Shown here: positions 45,895 to 58,373 of the stretch, one piece after another
Layout: the number at the start of each line of letters is the position of its first letter
Position numbering within the stretch: position 1 is the first letter of the stretch
Source: Selaginella moellendorffii
Taxonomy: Eukaryota; Plantae; Lycopodiophyta
Length of the DNA stretch: 64,000 bases
Direction: 5' to 3'
Assembly (NCBI RefSeq): GCF_000143415.4
Contig: NW_003314290.1
Location: forward strand, 1,822,116-1,886,115
Notes under the pieces: generated by a model
What the model saw: only the letters and a program-made list of their open reading frames with translations
The model's database searches: none
What the model was told of the DNA's origin: nothing
Made by a program: the position numbers and the translations under genes

Positions 45895-48800
45895 ATGCCA
45901 CAACAGAAGAAGCATGCCAGTCAACCTCAATGGACCTGTTCTCCAAGAAATCGACTAGATCGTTGTGCTAGATTCACTAGGGACACCTCACAAGTTCAAA
46001 GTGCTAATTCGGAGGAAGACCATAGTGGGAGCAGTGGTGTCCAAATCCAAGTAATGGTTGATCCTGATCTAGGTGTTAGCATGCAAGAGCTAGATGGTTC
46101 TAGAGAGCATGGAAATGTAGAAGCTAGCTATAGCACAAGAGAAGTTGCTGGTGGTAGTGCCATAGGTGGTGGTGTGGAACTTGGTGGCAGAAATGAGGCA
46201 CCTAGTGCTATAGGTGGTGGGGTAGATCTTGGTGGTGGAAATGGCAGACATGCTATTGCTCCTGAAGGTCACAGAAATGAGGTGGTAACTATGCTAGAGG
46301 CCGACACGATCTTGAATGAGCAAGTACGCGAGACTATTGTCCAGGCTCAAGAATGAACTATCAACAGGGTGTTAGGTGAAATGGCTTGAAAAGGATCCCG
46401 ACATCTTGAGATTCCACTTTGCCGTCTTAAGCAGAGTCACTGGGTGCGCTCAGCTTATGACCTCAACATGGCTAATTATACCTCTTTCACAGAGGTTGGA
46501 TTCGGGCACACTGCTAGATCATTTATTGTGTTGTCATCATTCCCTGGAACAAATCACATAGACATTGTTATTCACAAGATTGAGCAAACTTAGGATCAAA
46601 TATGGTAGAGGAAATCTCAAGAGTTTGATACTTTGATGGCATGCCACAAGGAAACACAAGCCTTTGTAGGCCGGATGTTCTTCATTATTGATGGAAACTA
46701 CCGGTGGCTTGCGTTTTGGAGGTGTATCCAAGAGAAGTTTTAAGATGATGATGAGCAACATATTTGTGTTCCAGTGACACTTGTGGAGCCATAAGATTGA
46801 AACCAAATTGTGAAGCTCAACTTGGCATGTCACAAGATCAACATGTAAGAATCTTTTACTTGTAACCTTTGTTCTCACCAACTATGTTACAGGCTTAATC
46901 AATTTGTTTTTCAAGCACATACCTTGGTCCATGATATCGAGCACCTTCGATATGTTGGCATGCTTTCTCTCGATGAAATCCAGATGTTGTATAGTCGTGA
47001 AGTTATGGAAGCAGTTCAAGCAAAGCTTGTAGCACATAAAGGCCAAGAGTTGTTTACTTGGTATTAGGTGCCTATGGATTTTTTGGTTGCGGTCTGGGCA
47101 AAGGTATCCTTTTCTTGCATGAACTTGTGTTTTCTACTCACAAGTTTTCCTTTTAGCCAATTGTCAAGGTGGAGCAAAACTCATATTTGAAGATTATGCA
47201 AGTGATGGATGAGGTGCAAAAGAACCTTGAACTACAACAAATTGAGCAGTGCATTTTGAACTTGAAGAAATCAAAGGTGAAGAAGCTACTTGCGATTGCA
47301 GACATTCGCCGCAATAAAGATTGGTTGGATTGCATTGCAAAGATATGCTCTCATGGCAGTAAGTTAGTCCCTTTTATCTTTCTCATTCTAGTTTGAAATC
47401 CTTATCCTTGCAGGAAATGGTAAAGCACTTGAAGAATTGATCTATACCATCGCAAAAAGCAAGCTCTCCTTCAACAAACAAACCTCTTGCTTGGAACTCC
47501 TCAACACTTGGCATCATAACAATGATAAAAGGTTGGAGAGCAAACTTAAGAATGTGATGAAGGAGAAGCTCTATATCACTCAGAGTATTGCAGCTGCTAA
47601 GGAGTTACTTCAAGTATGGGATACGAAGTTCCTTACTAGTGCTTGCACTGGCATAACACTTCCAGAATATGTCCGAGCTTCCCTTCAAGAGCTTGGGTGT
47701 AGCACACGTGGTTTTGACCCTTTATCCTATGGTGATTTACCATAGGATAACACCACGAAGCGGAACCTAAACCCTCTTTGTGCCACGTGACAGATGCCAC
47801 ATGTCACATGCCACATGTCCATGCCACGTGTCCATAGGAACCCGAGGTTCAGGGCCTTAAGCCACTGAACGATAGAACAGTGCCAAACTCCCAAGCATGG
47901 AACCAAGGAGTGTCGGAACCGAACCACGGAGAAACTCCCGAGCATAAAGCCCAAGGAGTGATGGGACAGGAGCCCGGAGCGACTTGGAACAGTCCTGGAG
48001 CAACCAGCATCCCAATGCCAGGACCAGCACGCAAAACGGAGCCAAACGGAGTTTGGTGCTATTTCGGTATACCGGTGGCCTAACGCGAGGATATGGGTAC
48101 TCCACCAACTAGCATGGAATGGAACTTGGGCTTAGACCCAAGCCGGACGCAGAACAAAGACAGGCACGCAAGCGGGAGTTAGACTATGCCTCAGGTTGGT
48201 CGGCCATGCCCGACCTACCCACTATCCCTACTATACATTTGGAACCCCCCACAGCCCTCCCCCCTTGAAGAACACACGCTTTGGGCTTTCACTTCAAGCC
48301 TCCCTTAGTATCAGGAGTTAGTCTCTAGAACAAGCTTGAAACTTACTAAATATGGAATGTCCCTAGATTGCGAATTTGGACACGGGACGAACACAATTGT
48401 GTTCAAGACGATCTCTACATTCTGTAGATATGCCAAATGAGCAAATCTGGACACTTTCCATAAATAGCATTTGGGACCGAAATGAGACCAACACAAAGGG
48501 CATGATAGCGAGGGTGTTTGGTAGACACGGTAAGCTATCATGTAGCGATATTGAGGGACTAATCTCAATACGCGAGGGTTCTTGCCAAGCCAGTGCAAGA
48601 CAGAGCAAAAGAGAACTAAGAGCCAGGCCGAGTATGCTCAGCTAGAAACACATAGGAGTTCCTACCTTATGTCCATCTGGCTAAGTACAGGTGCTAAGCC
48701 CAGTAAACTAACACTTGAACAAGAGGGACTGATAAAGGGAACCAGCAATACCGACCTCCTGCCATCGTGGCAGTAAGGTAAGAGTGTTCATAAGGACTAG

Positions 48801-50720
48801 CCAACAAGTAACTTTCGATACCCGAAGTCACATTCGCGACATTGGGGATGGATGGCTTCCTGATGGCAGCTCAAGCTCTATGAATTTCAAGAACTAGCTG
48901 GGCCAACCATTTTTCTCACGCCGCATGGCATATAGGTATATTGCAAGAAATTGACTTGTTTATTTAATCATGGCTCTTTTGTAGGTATTTAAATCATTGC
49001 TCAGGTCATCTAGTGTACACAGCAAGTGTTTTGCTCAAGCTCTTAACTAGTGGGAAGAAACTTGGTATGTATGAGCCAAAGTTCTAGTGTTCCACTACGC
49101 GGGAGTGAGAACTTTATCCATGGTACTTGGAGTTGTGGAAGCAAATGCCATCATCACCTTTTGAGCTTGATCTCTACCTCGATTGTCATCCAAGTTTGAT
49201 GAGTAAAATTTCCTAGTAGTAACTTATGTTTCTACTTTATTGTAGAGGCACTTTTGGAGGGAGTGGAGATGCCTCAAGACAGGGATGAGATTCATATTGA
49301 GTAGACCAAAGATGAACAAGTGGAGAACCCGGCTGAAAACTCTCTTGCCCCATCTCATCCTACAGTAGTTGCTCATTCCCCAAATCCTACTGCTGCTGCT
49401 TGTCCAGCCCCAATTGCTCAAAATGTACGAAGGCAGCTCCATAGTGACGATGTCCAAGAGAGTAAGAACTTGATTTCCAATGACCTTGCTTATTGTAATT
49501 TGGTTGTAGATGTCGGAGAAACCAGCCAACACGCTGTATGTCGATGTACAAATGCATTCTTTCCATCCCTCCCCACTGCTATAGAGGATGACCTCCAAGA
49601 GTTATCTTCATCGGCTTCATATAAACAGGTATGAAAAAAAACATGTATTAACTTTAATATTTCCTGGTTTTGAACACTATTTAGGTTTGCCCTCTTTCTC
49701 CTACGGGAAGTGTTGGCAATGTGAAAATAGTTATTAGGGATTACTTTTAGCTTTCTAACAACGTGAGTCGAGAGTCTTCTATGTTCCATCGATGGATGTG
49801 AGGATTGGGAATGAACAATACTTTCGGCATCGACCTCGCATTCTTCGACCTGCCTAATGCGTTACCACCTTTATAAGGTGACACTCCATCCTAGAACATC
49901 CTTCGACCGGACCATATTTCTCAAGTGCTCAATGTGGCATCCAAGGTGTTGTGATACGAGGGCATTATGCTAGTCATTCTTCCCCATTCTTTATTTTGGG
50001 GAGGTCTTCTTGCAACGATGGCGGAGAATGATGACTTTAGATTGGTTGAGTTTGCATTAGGCTGCCTACTCTCAAACATACCAGTGGAAACAAAAGGAGC
50101 AAGTGGCTGAATCCAAAAGGTTTGCATTTCCTTATTTTTCATATTTTAAATTGATTGCCTCTTTTCATTGTAGGTTTTAGTATGGAATTATCATGCTCTT
50201 TGCCACTACTCTTGCCATCACAATATTACACGAGCTGATGACCGTGCAAGTTTGGCATTGCTAGGATATGATAGCTCAACAGATATCATCCCAAATGTCA
50301 TCAACGAGGACCATCATATAAAGTTCCCTGGCTATCGACACCGTTCACCAAAGGCCATGCAAATCCTCCTAGAGTTTTTTTATCCTTCTAAGGGGATTGT
50401 GCTTGATACTATAACAGGTTTTGGTTTGATGGTGCTAGCAGCTAAAGAGACTAGGCATGCAGTTTTTGCACTAGAGAAGGAGAGTGCATTTGAAAGTGTT
50501 CTTGGGACATTTCATAATAGGTGATAATAAAGTATAAATTTCTCTTTATAGTAATTCCATCATGGTTGTGTATATTAGGTGGATCGATGATGTGGGTTAT
50601 AATTTGCCATGTTATGCAGAAGCAATGGCACAAGCTTATATACAACAAGAGCCCACAGTTAGAGAGTATAATACTATACAAACTGATCCTTTTGTGGATA
50701 TGGATGCTAAGGAAGACTAA
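45895..50720 (+). pseudogene. ParB-like + beta-class N4/N6 DNA methyltransferase fusion gene (MULE cargo), decayed and split by a solo LTR
   Basis: FIIDGNYRWLAF; IDLAFFDLPN; YRHRSPKAMQILLEFFYPSKGIVLDTITGFGLMVLAAKETRHAVFALEKE. Exon-by-exon homologue of 60712-64000, with many stops. Confidence 0.82.
47698..48841 (+). mobile_element. Solo LTR (1144 bp) with 5-bp TSD TTGGG
   Basis: TGTAGC...GCGACA ends. TTGGG at 47693-47697 and 48842-48846. Excision restores QELG|DGWLP, matching AELGNGWLP in the paralogue at ~62660. Confidence 0.9.
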
Positions 50721-51049
50721 GTTTAGTTTTTTCTTTAGTCAAATTTTTTAGTGGTAATATAGAGTTTCTTCTTTGACTTATGATATTTGTTTTCTTATTA
50801 AACTTATATTATTTAGCTTTTTCTTGGACTGAAAATATGTCTTAAGTTTCGAATAGAATTGTTGGTCCCTCCCGAACCAATCATTTAAACATCAACTTTT
50901 GTATTTGGTGGACTATATTGACTTTCATAGACTTTCATTGACTTAAGCTTAGCTCAAAAACTACCTAGCCCCTCATGATAGCATACATTCTAGCTTCTCC
51001 CCAGCTGATAACGCTACAAAAGCAGAGGGCTGTGGTAGCAAGAACATGT

Positions 51050-51340
51050 TATTGCTATGTCTCTGCAGTTAGAAAACAATGAAGTGTCTTGGGCATTTTG
51101 GACTACAAGCTTGATGATGCCTCGAAATCCCCCTTGAGGGCAAATGCAGTGACTAGGGAGTTCCATGAAACTTCATCTCGGTGTTTTGGAATCATCCTAA
51201 ACATCTCCATGGCCTCGTTAAAATTCCCGAACATCATTAGCATTTGGATCATTGCATTCCAGAGCCAGACGGGCTTTTCCTCTGGTCCTCCCATCACTTC
51301 AAGCATTTGTTGCAGATGTCCTTTTGGGCATGTTTTGAGG
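51050..51340 (-). pseudogene. PPR gene remnant (further copies at ~54342-54610 and ~57907-58190)
   Basis: VWLWNAMIQML...EAMEMFRMIPKHRDEVSWNSLVTAFA in all three duplication units. Confidence 0.7.
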
Positions 51341-51543
51341 CATTTATGATCCATGAGAGCAACAATCTCGCTGCTTTGAATTGCTTCCCACTGCCTTGCA
51401 TTTTCCTCCTTAATGTGGAAAACAAAGAAAGAGAGAAAGCAAGGTCGAGCAAGCAAAAGATCAAGGCCAAGCTCGAATCTGGACTCTATTGACTACTGTG
51501 AGTCACAACATTGGATCTAACCTTACAAGAATCTCATTACTTC

Positions 51544-52495
51544 TTATTCTTCCTCACTAGGATCAGAGCTTGAGCTTCTTCTGAGAGGTTGCAGACCTCT
51601 CTTAGTCATCTTGTATTTCACTCGTTGCCTATTTGGGTGCTCACTCAGTCTGAAGTTATCCTCAACATTGTTGTTGTATTCATCATTTATGTCGGGTTTG
51701 AATTTGAGCTCACCATACCGCTTGATGATCTCCTCCACACCCCCCACCTGAAAGTTGAAGAGATCCACGCATGCATTCCCTGGCCAGGCCCACATCTTGT
51801 TGAAGCCACCATTCTGCGCCACCATCTTTGCAGCTTCCAGGTCCTCAACATATTCATCATAAGTCTCTTGATCAAAATCCTGCTAATTAATCTTGTCATT
51901 GAATTCAACATCACGTGAGCAATTCATGTCCATTTGCAGCAATCTAACCAACAACATGGACTTGTCAAAAGTCCTCAACACCAACTCCCACTCATGTGCC
52001 AGCATCCGCACATCAAATACTAGCAGCGCCTGCACCTCCAGCGATCGCGCACTGCTGAACAGGTCCCGCTCCACCCAAGAGACCATCTTCTGCCGAAACT
52101 TTCTTGATCCCAGGCCACACCCTCGAATCTCACGGGGTATCATGCCTAACCTCATGTACTTGATCAGACGTCCGCTAAACAATGGCATCTCTTGCAGCTG
52201 CTGCTGTTCTGCTGCTGCTGGAGCTCTTCCTAGATTGCTTCGATCGTTGTTGGTGCCCTCTTGTAGCCGTCGATGCAAAGGCGAATATTGGTGTAAGTGA
52301 GGTCATTGTCCCAAATACCTTCGTAGTGCTCTTCATAGGACATGGGCTTCTCCTGGACGATAGCTTCCATCATGATTCTGCTGATACCCGACACTCTACC
52401 TTGCTTGCATGCATGACCGAATACATGCTAGATCTTGTAGTCTAGCCTTCGAAGTGCCATGTCCACAATGGCATAGAAGGCCATGTAGTGCCATT
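51544..52495 (-). pseudogene. Family X copy with stop and frameshift
   Basis: Split ORFs 51883-52278 and 51544-51825, homologous to 2503-3378 and 11078-13150. Confidence 0.8.
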
Positions 52496-52561
52496 GCCTC
52501 TGTCCTAGACAATACATTATAGAGTCCACCAGGAAGTCACCCCTCCTTTTCATGAGTAGCT

Positions 52562-54274
52562 GCACCATACCATAACCCTACAAACGGATGCTAAATTTTC
52601 TTAGTTTTTAGAGTAAAGAACGTACTTAAAATATTCAGATGAGATTCTCTTTTGTTTTGCAATATATTTTCTTGCAAAATGTACAACAAGAAATAGTGGG
52701 AAGTTCCTTAAGTCTACTGCTGCTAGGCAATCATAGTGTTCCTTTTTTCTGGGAATGAAAATGGTGGCATCTACTTTGGTATCTAGTGAAGAGTGCCTGG
52801 TAATCATGGCAGCAATAAATCTTGTATAATAATAAATTTGTGAGAGTTCAAATTATTAAAGCTAATAATAATCAAGGAGGACTTAGCATTGCATTGAATG
52901 AGGCCACAGAAAAATGCTATGTTATGAGGTCAAAGAGGCTGGAATTGAAAGCAAAAACAAGCAATAACTCCTCATGCAATAGATGAGCTCTTTACTATTT
53001 TCAATTAGGTCTGCTTCGAGGAGTTTTATCGGTCTTGCAACTACAAGCTTGCCACTGTTTGTGTGTTTTACAACCTGAAAAGCCAAAAAGTTGTCGTATA
53101 TAAATTAGTTGAAAGTCCCCATCTATAGTGTACTGAGACGACAAACAATCGGAACACTAGAGCAATACTAAATAGCTTAGCCTTGCCAAAACATGTAGAA
53201 TGTTCTTGGTTCCAGCAAACCACAATGAAGACTTGAAACAACCACTTTTTGCCGTGCCAAAACAACTCACTACAGGAACAAGGTGTTGTGTGCAATCAAC
53301 AGGCTTTGTAAACATTAGAAATAGTAGGAAATTTTACCTTCTTTCCCTTGGTGTTGCTACACACGTCTTTGATGTATAGAAGAGTTGGCTCGACTGTGCT
53401 GAATCTCAAGTGTTTAATGTTCTCAAAGACCAAGGAGAATAAAGATTTTGACGAGAGCAAGGGATAGGGTTCATTAAAAAACTTAAGTGATCTTTTGCTA
53501 CTTTTACTGCTTGACTTGCAATAAGTATAGTTCCTACTATATAATTGTTATATTTATAGATATAATATCCTATATTTACATACATATTCTATGTATAAAC
53601 TCAAATTCATAGAAGCTTTTCGTGTCTCATTAACTTTTTGATTCGTTCGTAAGAGGTTTATTGTTTTGTCAATTGCCTTGGAATGATGCCACTGGAGATC
53701 CACCTCTCGATATCTTCTAATGCACTTCTTCCTATCTTGGCTTCTTGCTCAGAAATTTGCCCCTTCTTTCGCCCTTGCTTTTGCCCCTAGAGTGCCTGGT
53801 TGAGAACCACCTGGAGTGCCTAGTTTTGCACCTGGAGTGTCGCCTGGAGTGCCTAGTTTTGCCCCTAGAGTGTCGCCTGGAGTGCCTAGTTTTGCCCCTG
53901 GAGTGCTGCCTAAAGTGCCTTGTTTCGCTCATAGAGCGCCTCTGTACAATGTGTAAAAACATTTTGAAGCCTTTGCAACTTCATTACCTCTTGGTTGAGC
54001 TTTTTGACATCATCACCAAACACATTTCTAGATGCCCCAAGAAATAGTGCATCCAAGAAAATCAACGAGTGATAAGGATTGTCTGGATGAATCCTGCTGG
54101 CTAAAAAGTGCTGAAGTTGTTGATGATGGGCCTTCTTGGCGTTGCTCTTACAACATTGAAAATAATCTTCAAAGGTCTCAATATTTTTGCTATGCCCTTT
54201 CCCCATTTTGGCCATGGCTTGGACAATCGTCCACTCAGGCACCCCCATCACTTTTAGATCTTCTCTTATGATAG
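52562..54274. repeat. Segmental duplication unit paralogous to 25788-27442, containing the MULE empty site
   Basis: Collinear similarity, with TTATGATAG|CATACATT uninterrupted at 54266-54282. Confidence 0.9.
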
Positions 54275-56589
54275 CATACATTTTAGCTTCTCCCTAGCTG
54301 ATATCGCTGCAAAAGTAGAGGGCCGTGGTAGCAACAACATGTCATTGCCATGTCTTTGCAGTCAGAAAACAATGAAGTGTCTTGGGCATTTTGGACTGCA
54401 AGCTTGATGCCGCCTTGAAACCCCCCTTGAGGGCAAATGCAATGACCAGGGAGTTCCATGACACTTCATCTCGGTGTTTTGGGATCATCCTAAACATCTC
54501 CACGACCTTGTTAAAATTCCAGGACATCATCAGCATTTGGATCATTGCATTCCAAAGCTAGATAGATTTTTTCCTCCGGTCCTCCCATCACTTCAAACAC
54601 TTGCTGCAGGTGTCCCTACTTTAGTCACTTAACCACACTTCCGACCACTTGGAGGAGTCTCACTCACAACCTCCATAAATCCTATTTCAAACTTACGGCT
54701 TGCTATCCTCGAGAATGGCATCCATGCCACTCAACCTTTGCACTTAGTCCAAGTGCTCCACGTGTTCGATCTCATGACTGACACCCCAAGGTACCACCGA
54801 CTTATCAGCCCGTTACGCTAAAGCCATATCCCTTCACCTGGGTCACACCGGTGGTCTAACACCACCTGCATCACAGTCCCGTATCTCAAAGACTGGGCCA
54901 TCCATCCATGAGTGATCATCTTAGATCCATTCCTTAGCATCCTTAGGATGCCCACAGACAAAAGGAATAACCTTCCCCAATATCCTTTTTCTAGTCCTCT
55001 CCAAGTCCCTTTTGTCCATGGTTATGTTTGCCAACACTGCCACTAGGTCAAGGCCCACAGGCCCGACCACTAAGTTCCACAGTCCTCTAGGACTTCCTCA
55101 GCACACGACTACATCCTTGGTCACTACACCAAAGGACTGCTCCTTTTCCTTCCCACAGTCTGGGCCTTTGGGACAACATTTCGGAATATCGTGGCCCTAT
55201 GCGAGCCTTGCGGGTACTCTCCCCGCCTTCTGCTTTTGGGTGCTTTAGCCATGGGCTTAGAGCTAGATTCCATTGAGCCACGCCAGGTATCCAAGTAGGT
55301 AGTGCCACCCATGCTTGGATTGGGAGCATCGACCATTCGATCTCTCAAGGGAACTAGAGCCGGCTCTTGAACACTTCACCAAGCTACCCCACTTGTCGGT
55401 TTATATTTACTCTAGTCTTGGATTTCCCAGTGGTCAGCTCATCACCCAACACCTGGGTACAACCTTCCTGGCCAAACTAGCTCCACTGGGCTCCAACCCC
55501 CACACTCTCCCTATTATACTTTTGGAACCCCCTGCACCCCCCCCCTCCCCCGGGGGGATGATCGCTTTGGGTTTTCACCCAACAGCCTGTATTAGTATTC
55601 GAACTCGGACTCGAACTCGGTCTCGGTCCTGGTTTCGGACTCCAACTCGGTCTCGGTCTCTGTTCCATCTTGGACTCCATCTCAGACTCCTTCTCAGGTC
55701 CATCTCGGACTCCATCTCAGGTCCATTTTAGGTCCATCTCGAACTCCATCTTGGGTCCATCTTGGACTCCATCTCGGGTCCATCTCGGGTCCATCTCAGG
55801 TCCATCTTGGACTCCATCTCGGGTCCATCTTGGACTCCATCTCAGACTCCATCTCGGGTCCATCTTGGACTCCATCTCGGACTCCATCTCGGGTCCATCT
55901 CAAGTCCATCTCGAACTCCTCCACGTGTCGTGTCTTGGTCCTCTTGTGTCCCTTTTCTAGAGACTCACTTATTTCTTGCTTTGTGCTTGTTCCTCAAGCA
56001 CTTCATTGAGAGTTCCACTCCCGCTCTCGACCTTTCAAGTCGGAGCTTTTAGTCCAAACGTGTTATGCTCATTTGGCTTTCACTTTGGCCACTGCCACGT
56101 GGCACCCTTTCAGCTCCACTTTGGGGCCTAGGGATTTTGTGTCTCACACAAACACAATCACTACATCGAGGCAACTGAGAGGGGATTCCATTTGGTTGCA
56201 AGCTGTAAGTTGACAGTTTTGTTATGATAGTAGTTCTTTGAAGGGGAAATTGACTCTCGCTATGAGTGCAGCCTCACTTGTCGAGCACATTTTGGATGCT
56301 GGAAAAGTTCCATCACCATGAGCATCGTTGTAGAAGCAGCGCTGGAGAGGCTGCTCAACCGATCCAGGGCCGAGCTCGCGTGGCTAACTCCAGCGTGACG
56401 ATACCAAGATTTCCTTGTCCAAGAAAATCCTTGAAATTGTTCCTCTCCCAGCTTGCTTGCATTTCTCTTGCATCCTCCTTAATCTATAGCGTCAGAAAGA
56501 AAATAATGAAACACAAGAAGGAGAGATGCTTGGCCCTTATGGCTTTTTTGATATGATCTCTCTTTTGTTCTTGGCCATTGCTGCTGTTA
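54257..56589. repeat. Tandem duplication unit paralogous to 57821-60433
   Basis: Collinear from AGATCTTCTCTTATGATAG to CTTGGCCA(T/C)TGCT(G/A)CTGTTA. This copy has a ~0.2-kb deletion at ~54617. Confidence 0.9.
54617..56148 (+). mobile_element. LTR-like element, 5'-truncated duplicate of 58374-59995
   Basis: Shares the CCT(A)CTATACTTTTGGAACCCC + C-tract core and (GACTCCATCTCG)n repeats. Confidence 0.65.
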
Positions 56590-57132
56590 TGTGAGAGAGA
56601 AAAACTAGTTGGTAGTGTACAAAACTACCAACTGAAAAAGGAAAAAGAAAAATTTCCTGCACATTCACTGCATACACTAGCCTTGGTATTTCCAATCCTG
56701 TGTGGAGGGTTTTAGATTTAATTCTGCGACTCCTCCACACCATTAAATGCAGTCTGAGTATCTGTAAATTCTGAAAGAAAAATAACTATTATCTGCCCAT
56801 CGTAAAGCATCAATTCTAGCATCCATCAATCACTATTGTTTGGAAAGGTATATGTAGCAATGAACCATCTTGCATCTTTAGTCTATCTTTTTATCAAACA
56901 GTATATACATTAGATAGAAAAGGTGCTCCAACTCTAGTGAGGAAATCCTTAACACTTGCATGGTAGTTTTCCGGCCACAAAAGTAGGAGAATGGAAGGTG
57001 GCACTTGCTCCCAGGAAGTCGTCCTTGTCTTTTGCCAGCTTCGTGAGAGACCTTGGAGTTGAATAAAGTGGACCTTATTGACTGCTGTGAGTCACAGCAT
57101 TGGATCTAACTTTACAAGAATCTCATTACTTC

Positions 57133-57820
57133 TTATTCTTCCTCGCTAGGATCAGAGCTTGAGCTTCTTCTGAGAGGTTGCAGACCTCTCTTGGTCATCT
57201 TGTATTTCACTCGCTGCCTATTTGGGTGCTAACCCAATCTGAAGTTATCCTCAACATTGTTGTTGTATTCATCATTTATGTCGGGTTTGAATTTGAGCTC
57301 ACCATACCGCTTGATGATCTCCTCCACACCCCCCACCTGAGAGTTGAAGAGATCCAAGCATGCGTTCCCTGGCCAGGCCCACATCTTGTTGAGGCCACCA
57401 TTCTGCGCCACCATCTTTGCTGCTTCCAGGTCCTCAACATGTTCATCATAAGTCTCTTGATCAAAATCCTGCTGACTAATCCCGTCATCGAATTCAACAT
57501 CAGGCGAGCAGTCCATGTCCATTCGCAGCAATCTAACCAACAACATGGACTTGTCAAAAGTCCTCAACACCAACTCCCACTCATGTGCCAGCATCCGCAC
57601 ATCAAATACTAGCAGCGCCTGCATCTCCAGCGATCGCACACCGCTGAACAGGTCTTGCTCCACCCAAGAGACCATCTCCTACTGAAACTTTCTTGATCCC
57701 AGGCCACACCCTCGAATCTCACCAGGTATCATGCCTAACCTCATGTACTTGATCAGATGTTAGCTAAACAATGGCATCTCTTGTGGCTGCTGCTGTTCTG
57801 CTACTGCTGGACCTCTTCCT
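57133..57820 (-). pseudogene. 5'-truncated family X copy
   Basis: ORF 57229-57675 is near-identical to 51544-52100 and has stops. Confidence 0.8.
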
Positions 57821-58373
57821 AGATCTTCTCTTATGATAGCATACATTCTAGCTTCTCCCCAGCTGATATTGCTGCAAAAGTAGAGGGCCGTAGTAGCAAG
57901 AACATGTCATTGCCATGTCTCTACAGTTAGAAAACAATGAAGTGTCTTGGGCATTTTGGATTGCAAGCTTGATGCTACCTTGAAATCCCCCTTGAGGGCA
58001 AATGCAGTGACCATGGAGTTCCATGACACTTCATCTCGGTGTTTTCTGATCATCCTAAACATCTTCACAGCCTCGTTAAAATTCCCAAACATCGTCAGCA
58101 TTTGGATCATTGCATTCCAAAGCCAAATAGGTTTTTTGCTTTGGTCCTCCCATCACTTCAAGCACTTGCTACAGGTGTCCCTTTTGGGCATGTTCTGTTG
58201 GGGATAGTTTCTTTTCTACTTCCAAGAGAGCAATTTGCTATGGTGGTCGAGGATTTACGAATGGATCATGACAGTTGGAATTGCAAATATACAGCAACGG
58301 AGGTGCGGCTTGTCATCTCTCTTTGTTTGATATTTCAACCAGGCAAAGCAGCTCTAGCAAAAGCAAAGCAAAT

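Larger units (their letters stand above)
27443..50972. mobile_element. Large Mutator-like (MULE) DNA transposon, 23.5 kb including nested insertions
   Basis: 9-bp TSD TCATGATAG at 27434-27442 and 50973-50981. Imperfect 22-bp TIR, 17/22 (GAGCCTAGGTATGTCTTGAGCT vs reverse-complement GGGGCTAGGTAGTTTTTGAGCT). Empty sites at 54266-54274 and 57831-57839. MULE-type transposase inside. Confidence 0.88.
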
